A DNA stretch of 64,000 bases from Candidatus Eiseniibacteriota bacterium (GCA_041483195.1 JBGPFC010000017.1:1-64000), one strand, 5' to 3'. Shown: positions 49,001 to 58,462, numbered from the stretch's first letter. Program-made: numbers and translations. Notes: generated by a model from the sequence alone, not told the origin.

Positions 49001-51100
49001 GTGCCACGTCGCGGCCGCGGCGTGTCCCTGCGATTCCGCGAGGGCCGCGGCGTCGGCGGCCAGCCGCGCGTCGGGCCGCGCCGCAAACGCCGCCGCCGCC
49101 GCTTCGAGCGCCGCGGCCGCATCGCCCGCGGCGCGCAGGTGAACGAAGCGCTCCTCATGCGAGAGCGGGCCGCTCTCGACCACGGCGCGGTGGAGCGCGC
49201 GCCGCGCATCGGCATCGAGCCGCTCGAGCAACGCGGGCCCGAGCGCGGGCGGCGTGAGCGCGACGTCGCCGTTCTCCTCGCGGCGCGCGAGGCCGGCGGT
49301 CACCAGCGTGGCGGCGGCGTCATCGCCGGCCGCCGGCGCGATCGCGCGCATGCGCTCTGCGGAGGCCGGATGGCCGAACGCCGCGATCGCATGCGCCGCC
49401 TCCCGCGCCGGAGTGGGCAGCGCCAGGAGGCGTTCGAGCACCGCGGCCTCGAAGCCTAAGGCCTTGGGCAGGGCATCGAGCCGCTCCGCAACCAGCAGGA
49501 GCCCGGCATCGCTGTCGCGCAGCGCGCCCCGCGCGGCGGCGGTGCGCAGCCGCTCGATGGCGAGCCCGGGGTGGCCGCCACTCTCGCGACGGAGGAACGC
49601 GAGCAGCGCATCCGGCGCCGGCTCGCCGAGCCGCGCGGCGACGAGGCGGGCCAGACCCTCGTCGTCGAGCGGGCCCAGCGTCATCGTCTCCGCGTAGCCC
49701 GCCTCGAGCAGCATGCGCACGTCGTCGGGAGGCACGGGGGATTCCGCGCGGCGCGCCCACACCCACAACATGCGCGCGGCATCCGGATGCACGATCAGGC
49801 GCCTGGCGAACGCGCGGGAGAGCGAGTCGAGGTGCCGCGTGTCGTCGAGCAGCATCAGCGGCGCGCCGCGCCGTGCCGCCGCGGCGCGACTCCAGCGGGC
49901 CGCGGCGTCGACCAGCGCGGAGAGCTCGTGTTCATCCAGCCCGACCGGATCCCCCGCGAGCGCCGCGCGGGTGCGTGGCGCCAGCTCGATCGCGAGGCTC
50001 GGATCGGCGCCGGCCTCTGCGGCGAGGCGGCGTGCGATGCGCAGCGCGACGTCGCCCCGGCGCTCGGCTCCGGCGCACGACAGCGAAACGACGCTGACCC
50101 CGGAGAGCGCGGCGCGCCCCGCGAGCTCCGAGAGCAGCGCGGACTTGCCGACGCCCGCCTCGCCGGTGAGCCAGACGAGGTGGGAGCGCGACGTGAGCGA
50201 TCCGCGGCGCGCCTCGATCCTCGCGAATTCCCGCTCGCGCCCCGCGACCACCAACGCTTCCATGCGCGCTTCGAGCGGCCGCCGGGCCGCGGGGTGGATT
50301 CTCTCGAGCTCGCGCCGCACCTCGCGCGCATCGACCGGTCGTTCGGCGGGCGAGGGCGCGAGCAGCCGCAGCACCAGGCGTGCGAGCGCGGGCGGAGCAC
50401 CGGATTCCTCGAGCGGACGGGTGGACGGCGGCCCCGCCTGCTGACGCCTCAGGATCGCCGATGGCCGATCGCCTTCGAAGGGCGGGGAGCCCGCGATCAA
50501 AGCATAGAGCGTCGCGCCCAGACCGTAGAGGTCCGACGCCGCGCCGGGCGCCTCGCCGCGGATCACCTCGGGCGCGGCGAATCCCGGCGTCCCGCGATGT
50601 CCGGCGCCGCGGGCGTCCCGCAGCCCCGCGAGCCCGAAATCGAGCAGGCGCACGGCGGCCGGAAGCGCGCCGGCGGCCGCCGCGTGCACCACCAGCAGGT
50701 TCGAAGGCTTGAGATCCCCGTGCACGACGCCCGCCGCGTGCAGCGCCTCGAGACCGGACGCGACCTCGGCCGCGACGAAGCAGAGCGCGGCCCAGTCGCC
50801 GCGGGTGAGCGCCCGATCGGGCGGCACGCCCGGCACGAACTCCATCGTGTAGTAGGGCGAGCCGTCGAAGTCGAATCCGAGCTCGTGCACAGCGATGATC
50901 GTCGGATGCCGCACGCGGGTGAGCGCCTCGAACTCGTGGCGCATGAGCTCGGGCGTCGCGAGCGGGGTCCGCCGTCCCAGCCGCTTGAGCGCGCACTCCG
51001 CGCCGGTCGTCTGATCGAGCGCGAGGAACACCTCGCCCATGCCACCGCGTCCCAGCGGCTTGAGGAGGAGGTAACGGCCGGCGACGCGCTCCCGCATCAT
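45989..51100 (-). CDS. Ser/Thr kinase - P-loop ATPase - TPR - GAF - sigma54 activator - Fis HTH fusion
   Basis: GRGGMG, HGDLKPSN, DFG, APE; GEAGVGKS; SILCVPL; GENGTGKE, FLDEVGEM, FREDLFYRLNV, WPGNVREL; GNQSLAARHLG; ATGA overlap with DUF885 stop. Confidence 0.92.
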   Translation of the reverse strand: MMRERVAGRYLLLKPLGRGGMGEVFLALDQTTGAECALKRLGRRTPLATPELMRHEFEALTRVRHPTIIAVHELGFDFDGSPYYTMEFVPGVPPDRALTRGDWAALCFVAAEVASGLEALHAAGVVHGDLKPSNLLVVHAAAAGALPAAVRLLDFGLAGLRDARGAGHRGTPGFAAPEVIRGEAPGAASDLYGLGATLYALIAGSPPFEGDRPSAILRRQQAGPPSTRPLEESGAPPALARLVLRLLAPSPAERPVDAREVRRELERIHPAARRPLEARMEALVVAGREREFARIEARRGSLTSRSHLVWLTGEAGVGKSALLSELAGRAALSGVSVVSLSCAGAERRGDVALRIARRLAAEAGADPSLAIELAPRTRAALAGDPVGLDEHELSALVDAAARWSRAAAARRGAPLMLLDDTRHLDSLSRAFARRLIVHPDAARMLWVWARRAESPVPPDDVRMLLEAGYAETMTLGPLDDEGLARLVAARLGEPAPDALLAFLRRESGGHPGLAIERLRTAAARGALRDSDAGLLLVAERLDALPKALGFEAAVLERLLALPTPAREAAHAIAAFGHPASAERMRAIAPAAGDDAAATLVTAGLARREENGDVALTPPALGPALLERLDADARRALHRAVVESGPLSHEERFVHLRAAGDAAAALEAAAAAFAARPDARLAADAAALAESQGHAAAATWHERAAREWAARGRYGSAIPHIERALSLDAAPDHRPARWVQLSTACLRAGKLADAARVAATALAASLPEASRSRILSNEAARLLFDGDRPGALELARNALALGESATDELAIGVAAQTLAGAMISGRAEDTLAEEAAATAARAVEAFARAGDLPGELRATGLCAVIAQSRQGAAEAERLYLDAIARARAHGLRLPLEELLLNWSVILIEAGRWPDARRSVAEAARLALEDGRPHGAAIAIANLAQADGLTGDRAGALAQARAAVRMCRVYLPQQTPFAMRSLAQAHRIAGRYSRAARIAQRALALGMKLSRPDEIDWCRIELGRSLIAAGRWKEAGELWDGALASPRPSGSVGRTVLLALAGRAALRAGAIDLAKARVEESRSWLAGHDAPYAAATVDQLRSELALARARNSENEEGARAVLDRLGALPAPADRAHAALDFSRLALAADREATIAVGRWLDVAAGAFERLGDSRGRAATLALTVEWLRRGAAGVPSAGRERDLIEAVSRLLNSMSDFGELTRRAMRLAVEQLDAERGVLLLADPETGQLTPVADFGAVDAKTRNAAVGYSRRVVQRVAESGGSLLIADAPTDPQARSESVMDMRLRSILCVPLYLGGRVVGAVYLDDSRRPDVFSDADRALLEGFAQLMAVAIENSRGHQEVLRVNEQLVGENLSLRREVSSRFRAENLIGTSSAMQRVLAVVDRAARVNATVLLTGENGTGKELIARVLHHSGKRRLKPFVAVNCGAIPETLLESELFGILSRIATEVGGRDGRFVQADGGTLFLDEVGEMPLKQQVALLSAIANREITPVGGGKPIPVDVRIIAASNRDLRQSVERGTFREDLFYRLNVIPIEVPPLRERKADIPALAAHFVRIYAGQQERPVPRLTREFVPALMQSDWPGNVRELQNYIERVLAMTPGDALHPTPPPRDLEERPDQIPRGGTLKELVEKLERRAIAEALELASGNQSLAARHLGLTEQSLRYRIRKYTLDSTRHKRRTRRNR

Positions 51101-52857
51101 TTCGCTCCCGCTCGCGATCCGTTCCTGCGGACCAGCTGCCGGAGCACGCCCTCGCGGGCCAGCGGAAGCGGCACGCCTCCCTGTCGCAGCAGCGCGTCGT
51201 GAAACGCGCGCAGATCGAACCGATCCCCCAGCGCGCGGCGCGCCTCCTCGCGCAGCGCGAGGATCCGCCACTTGCCGAGCGTGTACACCAGGTAGGTCGG
51301 ATCGAGCGCGCCGCGCCGCGCCTCGCGGGCCGCGTTCACCGGGGCGAGATAGCAGCGTTCTTCGAACAGCCGCTCCGCCTGTTCCAGGGTCATGCCCTGC
51401 GTGTGCAGCGAGATGCCGACGATCAGTCGCCCGATGCGGCTCAGGGCGAGCGCGAGCTGGGCCAGCTCGATGCGGGGATCGCCGCGGCCGAAGCCCTCCT
51501 CCACCATCATCTGCTCGCAGTAGTGGGCCCAGCCTTCGGAGTTGCTCGCGCAGCGCAATGCCTGCCGCACGCGCGAGGGCACCCGCTGCAGTTCGAGGAA
51601 TTGGGCGTAGTGACCGGGCAGCGCCTCGTGCACGGTCACGAGCGCGGCCGCGCTGCGATTGAAGAACGCGAGGTGGTCGCGCCGCTGCCGCTCGGTCCAT
51701 TGCGGTTCCGGTGGGGTGACGTTGAACCAGGCGCGGGTCGCGCGTCGCTCCCACACGCCCGGGGCATCCATCGACGCGAATGAGAGGCTCCGCTGAAACG
51801 GCGGGGTCTCGCGCACCACCAGGTCTTCGCGCGCCGGCAGGGTGAGCACACGGTGGGCGCCGAGGAACGCGCGAATGCTGTCGAGCCCGGCCGCGACGAA
51901 CGGCACCAACCCCGAGTCGGACGGCGCGTCGACCTCGAGCGATTCGAGCGCGGCGGCCACGCCCAGGCCGGGCGCGATGCGATCGGCGACCCGCTCCATC
52001 TGCGCGCGCGTCGTGTCGAGCGCCGCCATGCCCTGCGCGAGCAGGGACTCGACCGGCGCCGTCTCCATCTCGTCGGCCGCGAGTTTGCGCTGATAGAGGT
52101 CGCGGCCCAGCGCGAAGCCGCCGGTCGCGTGGGGGAGGACGTCCTCGCGCAGCTGCTGCACGAATCGTTCGACCGCGAGCACCGCCGCCGAATCCGCCTC
52201 GGCGAGATCGGCCTGCACGCGCGGTTCGCGGCAGCCGCCGCTCAGCGCGGGGATCCCGCGGCGGTAGTAGTCGAGCACCCCCTGGAATTGGGCGATCGCG
52301 ACCTCGACGTAGAGCCGCGGCGGATCGCGAAGGTTCACGCGCGCCGCGCGAAGCACCTCCGGCACCAGGCGCAGGCGACGGGTCGCGAGCAACGCGCGTT
52401 CGCACGGCGGCGCGATGTCGCGCTCGAGCAGGGACTGGATCGAGCCCGCCACCAGGTCGAGGTACGCGTTCGGATTGCGCTCGAACGACCGGACTTCCGC
52501 GAGCTCGATCCGCTCGCGTTCGATGCGGGCGGAGAGCAGGTCGTACTCCTGAGCGCGCTCGAACGAGAGCGCATCGCGCGGGATCGCGTCCAGCGAGGCG
52601 CGCATGCCGGCCAGCCAGTCGAGATCGGACGCGACCGAGGCCGCGGTGATCGGCTCCAGCCGGCCGTCCCAGGCGTGGATCCCGAGCCGGGTCGCGAGCT
52701 GCGGACGGCGTGCGAGCCAGCCGTCGAGAAACGCGTCCGCGACCCGCAGCAGGCGCGCGTCAGAAGACTGGGCCACGGCGGCGCCCGCGAGCCAGAGCCC
52801 GAGAAACGCGGCGATCAGCAGACGGCGCAGAACGACTTTCATCATGTCCTGGCTCAC
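51097..52857 (-). CDS. DUF885-family secreted protein
   Basis: HEALPGHYAQ, EGWAHYCE, YTLGK, FDLRAFHD. Confidence 0.9.
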   Translation of the reverse strand: MSQDMMKVVLRRLLIAAFLGLWLAGAAVAQSSDARLLRVADAFLDGWLARRPQLATRLGIHAWDGRLEPITAASVASDLDWLAGMRASLDAIPRDALSFERAQEYDLLSARIERERIELAEVRSFERNPNAYLDLVAGSIQSLLERDIAPPCERALLATRRLRLVPEVLRAARVNLRDPPRLYVEVAIAQFQGVLDYYRRGIPALSGGCREPRVQADLAEADSAAVLAVERFVQQLREDVLPHATGGFALGRDLYQRKLAADEMETAPVESLLAQGMAALDTTRAQMERVADRIAPGLGVAAALESLEVDAPSDSGLVPFVAAGLDSIRAFLGAHRVLTLPAREDLVVRETPPFQRSLSFASMDAPGVWERRATRAWFNVTPPEPQWTERQRRDHLAFFNRSAAALVTVHEALPGHYAQFLELQRVPSRVRQALRCASNSEGWAHYCEQMMVEEGFGRGDPRIELAQLALALSRIGRLIVGISLHTQGMTLEQAERLFEERCYLAPVNAAREARRGALDPTYLVYTLGKWRILALREEARRALGDRFDLRAFHDALLRQGGVPLPLAREGVLRQLVRRNGSRAGAK

Positions 52858-52885
52858 GCGCGCGCGACCCCGCGTCGCGCGCGTA

Positions 52886-53614
52886 TCAGGGACGCGGGAC
52901 GACGTCGTGCACCAGCACCATCGGGTCCCCGATCTTGAGCGGCGAGGAGGAGAGGTATGCCTGTGCGTACTTCGCGCCGATCTGCCAGCCCCAGTAGCTG
53001 GCGAACGACGCGAACACCTCGCGCACCGGCGGCAGGTGCGCGGGTCGCGGCTTCTCGGGGTTGTAGAACTGACTCTGGTGGCAGTCGAGCGCCGCCATCC
53101 ACTCGTCGAAGACCTCGCTGATGTCGACCAGAAAGGTGGGCTGTGTTCCGGGCGGAAGGAAGTAGTAGAAGATGGCCTTCGCCTGATGCACCTCGCCCGG
53201 AATCGGGGCCTTGCGCAGGTGCGCCAGATTGTAGGCGTTCGAGACGATCTGACCGGTCTTGTAGTGATCGTTGTGGCCGAGCCCGCGCCCGATCGGCAGG
53301 TTGTAGTATGGCGCGAGCACGATCTGCGCGCGGTGCTTGCGGATCATCGCCGCGGCCTTGCAGCGGTTCTCGAACGTGTCCTCCACCCGGCAATCGCCGA
53401 GGTCGAGGTTCTCGCGAACGTCGAGCCCGAGAATGGTCCCCGCCTTCCGGCTTTCCTCGGCGCGGATCTCGGGCGTTCCCCAGCCCATGTCGCCGGTCGT
53501 CATGTCGACGATTCCGGTGCTGTGACCGAGATTCTTCATCTTGCGAAGCAGGCCGCCGGCGCCGATCTCGGCATCGTCGGGGTGGGGACCGAACGCGAGA
53601 AAATCGACCGCCAT
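52886..53614 (-). CDS. PIG-L family N-deacetylase (BshB1-like)
   Basis: PHPDDAEIG, HNDH, VDIS, CHQSQF. Confidence 0.85.
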   Translation of the reverse strand: MAVDFLAFGPHPDDAEIGAGGLLRKMKNLGHSTGIVDMTTGDMGWGTPEIRAEESRKAGTILGLDVRENLDLGDCRVEDTFENRCKAAAMIRKHRAQIVLAPYYNLPIGRGLGHNDHYKTGQIVSNAYNLAHLRKAPIPGEVHQAKAIFYYFLPPGTQPTFLVDISEVFDEWMAALDCHQSQFYNPEKPRPAHLPPVREVFASFASYWGWQIGAKYAQAYLSSSPLKIGDPMVLVHDVVPRP

Positions 53615-53817
53615 GGACGGGCTCTCCAGAAGTCGCACGAGGGGTGGGAACGATGCGCGCGGCGCAAGCGCGCGGGTCATCATAGCCAGCGTTCCCGGGC
53701 GAGACAACCGTACGGGGCCGGGCGCGCGGCGGGCGGCGGACCTGCGGGACGCGTGCGCGCCTTTGGAGTATGCTGCGCCCGGATGACCGCACCGCGCGCG
53801 CTCCCTCCGGAGGCCTC

Positions 53818-54318
53818 GTGCTGTACTTCGCCTATGGATCGAATCTCGATCCTCAACAGATGCGTGCCCGCTGTCCGGGCGAGAAGCTCGTGGGCCTCGC
53901 CGCGCTGCGGGACCATCGCCTCGCGTTTCCGCTCTATTCGAACCGCTGGGGCGGCTGCGTCTCCAGCGTCCAGCCCGCGCACGCCGACACCGTGTGGGGC
54001 GTCCTCTACGAGCTGACCGAGAGCGATCTCCGCGCGCTCGACGAGTACGAGGGATTTCGCGCTCCCGGCGATCAGCACAACGTGTACGACCGCGAGCAGA
54101 TCACGGTCGAGCTGGTGCGGCCCGACGATGGATCCATCCCGCGGCGCGTGCGCGCGGCCGCGTACGTCGCCCGGCCCTCCAATCCCTCGCCGCCCTCGCG
54201 CCGCTACCTCGACGCCATCCTGGCCGGCGCGCGCCACCACCGGCTTCCCGAGGAGTACGTCGCGAAGCTGAGCGCGATCGCGGCGGTGCCGGAGATCGAG
54301 ACGTCCGGACCCGCATGA
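53818..54318 (+). CDS. Gamma-glutamylcyclotransferase family protein
   Basis: YFAYGSNL, VWGVLYEL, LDEYEG, PSRRYL. Confidence 0.9.
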   Translation: MLYFAYGSNLDPQQMRARCPGEKLVGLAALRDHRLAFPLYSNRWGGCVSSVQPAHADTVWGVLYELTESDLRALDEYEGFRAPGDQHNVYDREQITVELVRPDDGSIPRRVRAAAYVARPSNPSPPSRRYLDAILAGARHHRLPEEYVAKLSAIAAVPEIETSGPA

Positions 54319-55538
54319 GCGGCGCGGCCGAAGCGCGTCCCGGGGTTCGAACCGGGATCACGCGCGCGCGCGGCTTCACGGCCGCGGCGGTCGCCGCCGG
54401 CATCAAACCCGACCGCCTCGATCTCGCCGTGGTCGCCGCCGATCGGGTCTGCGCGGCCGCCGGCGTGTTCACCACGAATCGCGTCCAGGCGGCGCCGGTG
54501 CGGGTCTCCCGCGCTCACCTCGCGCAGGGCCGCGCGCGCGCGATCGTCGCGAACGCCGGCTGCGCCAACGCAGCGACCGGAGCGCGCGGGCTCGAGGATG
54601 CGCGGCGCATGGCGGCGTGCGCGGCGAACGCGCTCGGCTGTCCGCCGTCCGAGATCGTCGTCGCTTCCACCGGCGTGATCGGCGTGCACCTGCCGATCGA
54701 CCGCGTGACCGCCGGCATCGCGCGCGCGATGGCCGAACGGAGCGAGGCGGGCGGGGCCGACGCCGCGCGCGCGATCCTCACCACCGACACGCGGCCCAAG
54801 GAGACGGCCGTCGAATTCGCGATCGCGGGAGGCCCGGCCGTGGTGGGCGCGATGGCCAAGGGCGCGGGGATGATCGCGCCCCACATGGCGACCATGCTCG
54901 CGTTCTTCACCACCGACGCGGCGATCGAGGCCGCCCCGCTGCGCGCCGCGCTGGCCGAGGCGGTCGGCGAGAGCTTCAACCGCATTACCGTGGACGGCGA
55001 CACCTCGACCAACGACATGGCCGTGATCCTGGCGAGCGGCGCCGCGAGCGCCGCGCCGATCCGCGGGCCGGGGCGCGACTACGACGCCTTTCGGGCGGCG
55101 CTCGCCGAGGCCTCGCGGCGCATCGCCGAGATGCTGGTGCGCGACGGCGAAGGCGTGACCCGCATCGCCGAGGTGCGGGTCGAAGGCGCGCGCGAAGCGG
55201 GGGATGCCGACCGCATCGCGCGCGCCGTCGCCGAGTCGCTGCTGGTCAAGACCGCCCTCCACGGCGGCGATCCGAACTGGGGGCGCGTGCTCGCGGCGGT
55301 CGGCCGCTCCGGCGTCGCGGTGGACGTGGACCGCGTCGACATCTTTCTCGGCGAGGTGTGGGTGTGCGAGGGCGGATGCGCGCGCGAGTACGACGAGGCC
55401 CGCGCCCACCGGGCGCTGACCGTCGACGACCCGGTTCGCATCCTCGTGCGCATGCGCGAGGGAAAAGCGGCCGGCTGGATGTGGACGGCCGACCTCAGCA
55501 AGGCCTACGTCGACATCAACGCCAGCTATCGCAGCTGA
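54315..55538 (+). CDS. argJ: Glutamate N-acetyltransferase / ornithine acetyltransferase
   Basis: STGVIG, AKGAGMIAPHMATML, DGDTSTND, DGEG, DPNWGR. Confidence 0.96.
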   Translation: MSGAAEARPGVRTGITRARGFTAAAVAAGIKPDRLDLAVVAADRVCAAAGVFTTNRVQAAPVRVSRAHLAQGRARAIVANAGCANAATGARGLEDARRMAACAANALGCPPSEIVVASTGVIGVHLPIDRVTAGIARAMAERSEAGGADAARAILTTDTRPKETAVEFAIAGGPAVVGAMAKGAGMIAPHMATMLAFFTTDAAIEAAPLRAALAEAVGESFNRITVDGDTSTNDMAVILASGAASAAPIRGPGRDYDAFRAALAEASRRIAEMLVRDGEGVTRIAEVRVEGAREAGDADRIARAVAESLLVKTALHGGDPNWGRVLAAVGRSGVAVDVDRVDIFLGEVWVCEGGCAREYDEARAHRALTVDDPVRILVRMREGKAAGWMWTADLSKAYVDINASYRS

Positions 55539-55554
55539 GCCCCGGCGCGACGCG

Positions 55555-56760
55555 TCACGCCGCGCCCGGCCCGGCGCCGAGCTTCGCGATCCGCCGCTCG
55601 ATCACCCGCCGCAGCGCGCGCCACGCCGCGGCGATCTCGCGGCGATTGGCGCGGCAGTACGCGAGCGCCACCCGCGGATCGCTCGCCGCGAGCCGCGTCA
55701 TCCCGCGGAATCCCGGTCCGGCCAATCCCCGGCGCGCGGCCCCGCGTCCCGTCTCCTCGATCGCGCACGCGATCAGATACGGGAGGTGGCTGGTGCGGCC
55801 GAGCGCGCGGTCGTGCGCGGCGGGGCCGACGCGCAGCGGGCGCGCGCCCAGATCGCGAACCAGGGCCGCGATCACGCCCGGCACCGCGCCGCGCACCGGC
55901 ATCAGCGCGAACGCCGCGTCCTCGAACAGATCGGCGCGCGCGGCATCGAAGCCGCGGCCCTCGCCGCCGGCGATCGGATGTCCGCCCACCGCGCGCACCC
56001 CGGCCGCCGCGGCCCGCTCCAGTGCGCGGGTGAGCGTCGCGCGCGCGCTCCCGGTGTCCAGCAGCGCAGCGCCGCGCGGAAGATGGCGCGCGGCGCGCGT
56101 GATGAGCGCGGGCAGCGCGTCCACCGGCGTCGCGATCACGGCGAGCGCGGCCGAGGCGCAGGCCGCCGCGAGCGACGGCGCGACCTCGTCGATCGCGCCG
56201 GCCTCGAGCGCCCGCGCGAGCACCGCGCGGTCCCGATCCCACCCGATCCGGCGCCACCCGCCCCGCCGCGCGAGCGCGAGCCCGATCGATCCGCCGATCT
56301 GGCCGAGCCCGATCAGCGCGACGCGCTTCGAGTGCTTCAGCGCGCCCGCCGCGCCGCGAGTGCGACCGCGTGGCGCGGGAGCGAGGTCGGGCCGCAGCGC
56401 GGCCGCGGCGTCGAGATAGACCGGCCGGAGCCGCGCCCCCGCCCGTACGCCGCTCACCGTGAGCAGCACGCGCACCACGCGGGGCATCGCGCCCGGGACG
56501 CCCATCTCGCGCGCGCCCAGCAGCGGCACGTCGGTCCAGCCCAGCCGCCGCGCGGCGTGCGCCGGAAAGTCGGCGTCGAGATCGGGTGTCGCCGTGAACA
56601 CGGCGCTCACGATCCGCGATGGCGCGATGCGATTCGCGTCGAGCAGCGCCAGCAGCAGGCGCGCCGTCGCGGCGTGGATCTCCTCCGCCCGGTTCGAAGC
56701 CACCTGCACCGCGCCGCGCACGGCCGCGATGCCGCTTCCGGCGCCAGGGGTACGAGGCAT
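55555..56760 (-). CDS. AroH-type chorismate mutase fused to prephenate dehydrogenase
   Basis: AVRGA, FTATPDLDADFPA, ALRPDL followed by GLGQIGGS, GGHPIAG, HD...SHLP, MTRLA. Confidence 0.88.
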   Translation of the reverse strand: MPRTPGAGSGIAAVRGAVQVASNRAEEIHAATARLLLALLDANRIAPSRIVSAVFTATPDLDADFPAHAARRLGWTDVPLLGAREMGVPGAMPRVVRVLLTVSGVRAGARLRPVYLDAAAALRPDLAPAPRGRTRGAAGALKHSKRVALIGLGQIGGSIGLALARRGGWRRIGWDRDRAVLARALEAGAIDEVAPSLAAACASAALAVIATPVDALPALITRAARHLPRGAALLDTGSARATLTRALERAAAAGVRAVGGHPIAGGEGRGFDAARADLFEDAAFALMPVRGAVPGVIAALVRDLGARPLRVGPAAHDRALGRTSHLPYLIACAIEETGRGAARRGLAGPGFRGMTRLAASDPRVALAYCRANRREIAAAWRALRRVIERRIAKLGAGPGAA

Positions 56761-56845
56761 GAGCCCTCCGTTGGTCGCGGCGGGGGTCGCGAGACCGGCC
56801 CCGCGCGCGATTTCCAGGGCGGCGCGCGACGCGCGCGCCGCACGA

Positions 56846-58462
56846 TCAGGCGCCGGGCGTGACGAGCGCGGCCGGGACGCTCGCGTCGTACAGCCGCTCG
56901 AAATATTCGCGCACCATGCGCTGCGCCGAGAACCGCGTCTCGCCCATCTGCACGCTCGCCGCCATCATGCGCTGCCAGCGCGCGCGGTCGCGCCACGCCG
57001 GCAGCACCTCGCGCTCGAGCGCATCGTAGAGCGCGCGCAGGTCGCGCTCGTCGTTTCCGGGCGTGCCGTCTGCGATCGCCCATCCGTTCACGCCGTGCTC
57101 GCAGCCCTCCGGCCACCAGCCGTCGAGGATGCTCAGGTTGAGCACGCCGTTCATCGCCGCCTTCATGCCCGAGGTGCCGCAGGCCTCGAGCGGCAGGATG
57201 GGATTGTTGAGCCACAGATCGCAACCGCGCACCATGGTGCGGGCCACGGCCATGTCGTAGTCCTCGAGGAACGCGACGCGCCCCGGATGCTCGCGCTGGG
57301 CGCGCGCGAGGCGCGCGATGATCGCCTTCCCGTGCTTGTCGTCGGGGTGCGACTTGCCGGAGAACACGATGTTCACGCCCTCGGTCTCGAGCAGCCGCGT
57401 GAGGCGCTCCTCGTCGCGCAGGATCAGGTCGCCGCGCTTGTAGGCGGCGGCGCGGCGCGCGAAGCCGATCCACAGCGCGTCAGGATCGAGCGAGACCCCG
57501 CTCGCACGCTCCACCCCGAGGCGCAGCGACGTGCGCTCCTTCTGGTGCGCCGCCCAGAGCTGCTCGGGATCGCCGTTCGCCGAGCGGATCGCGACGGACT
57601 GCCAGGTCCCGCGGTGCACCCCGTTGGTGATCGACGTGATCGGCGCGGCGTCCGTGACGTGCCCCCACATCGCGCGCGCGGTGCGCCCGTGCATCTCCGA
57701 GACCGCGTTCGCGGCGCGTGCGAGCCGCAGCCCGGCTGCCGTCATGCTGAATGGATCGCCTCCCAGCGCGCGCATCTCGGCCCCGGAGAGCTCGAGGCAC
57801 GCGCCCATGCGCCTCAAGTCCTTGATCGAGTGCTCCTCGTTGCCCGCCTTGACCGGCGTGTGGGTGGTGAACACGATGCGCTGCCGCGTCTGGGCCCACG
57901 CCTCCTCGAACGCCACGCCGGTCTCCATGCGTTCCGCGATCATCTCGACCCCGGCGAACACCGCGTGACCCTCGTTGAAATGGTAGGTCGAGATCGGAAT
58001 GCCGAGCCAGTTCAGCGCGCGCAGGCCGCCGATGCCGAGCAGCATCTCCTGCGCGATCCGCACGTCGCTCCCCGCCTCGTAGAGACGGTGCGTGATCCAC
58101 CGGTCCTCGCCGCGCACCGGCTCGATCAGGTAGAGCGGCACGTGGCCGTAGCGATCGGTGACCCACACCATGCACGGGACCTCACGGCCCCGGACCCGCA
58201 CCCGCACCCGCACGCGCGTGTCGCGGAGGAAGCTCGAGTCGTAGCCGGGGAATTCCTCGAACGGTTCGCCGTCTTCGCCGATGCGCTGCACGCAGTAGCC
58301 GCGATCCCAGCGCAGCCCGACCGCCACCAGCGGCAGATCGAGGTCGCGCGCCGACTTGATGAAGTCGCCGGCCAGGATCCCGAGCCCCCCGGAGTAGATG
58401 GGGAACGAGTCGTCGAGGCCAAATTCCATGCAGAGGAAGGCGACGTGCGGGGTGCGCGACAT
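56846..58462 (-). CDS. glgP: Alpha-glucan phosphorylase, compact form
   Basis: YSGGLGILAGD, HFNEGH, FTTHTP, ITNGVH, EACGTSGMKAAMNG. Confidence 0.93.
   Translation of the reverse strand: MSRTPHVAFLCMEFGLDDSFPIYSGGLGILAGDFIKSARDLDLPLVAVGLRWDRGYCVQRIGEDGEPFEEFPGYDSSFLRDTRVRVRVRVRGREVPCMVWVTDRYGHVPLYLIEPVRGEDRWITHRLYEAGSDVRIAQEMLLGIGGLRALNWLGIPISTYHFNEGHAVFAGVEMIAERMETGVAFEEAWAQTRQRIVFTTHTPVKAGNEEHSIKDLRRMGACLELSGAEMRALGGDPFSMTAAGLRLARAANAVSEMHGRTARAMWGHVTDAAPITSITNGVHRGTWQSVAIRSANGDPEQLWAAHQKERTSLRLGVERASGVSLDPDALWIGFARRAAAYKRGDLILRDEERLTRLLETEGVNIVFSGKSHPDDKHGKAIIARLARAQREHPGRVAFLEDYDMAVARTMVRGCDLWLNNPILPLEACGTSGMKAAMNGVLNLSILDGWWPEGCEHGVNGWAIADGTPGNDERDLRALYDALEREVLPAWRDRARWQRMMAASVQMGETRFSAQRMVREYFERLYDASVPAALVTPGA

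Noticed and set aside
46016..49459. Long antisense ORFs such as 46016-49459, 10135-12771 and 2275-4566
   Set aside because: Shadow frames of GC3-biased genes with no recognisable motifs
51101..52405. N-terminal 435 aa of the 2138-aa ORF call
   Set aside because: Out-of-frame overlap with the DUF885 gene; kinase motifs begin at the ATG at 51100
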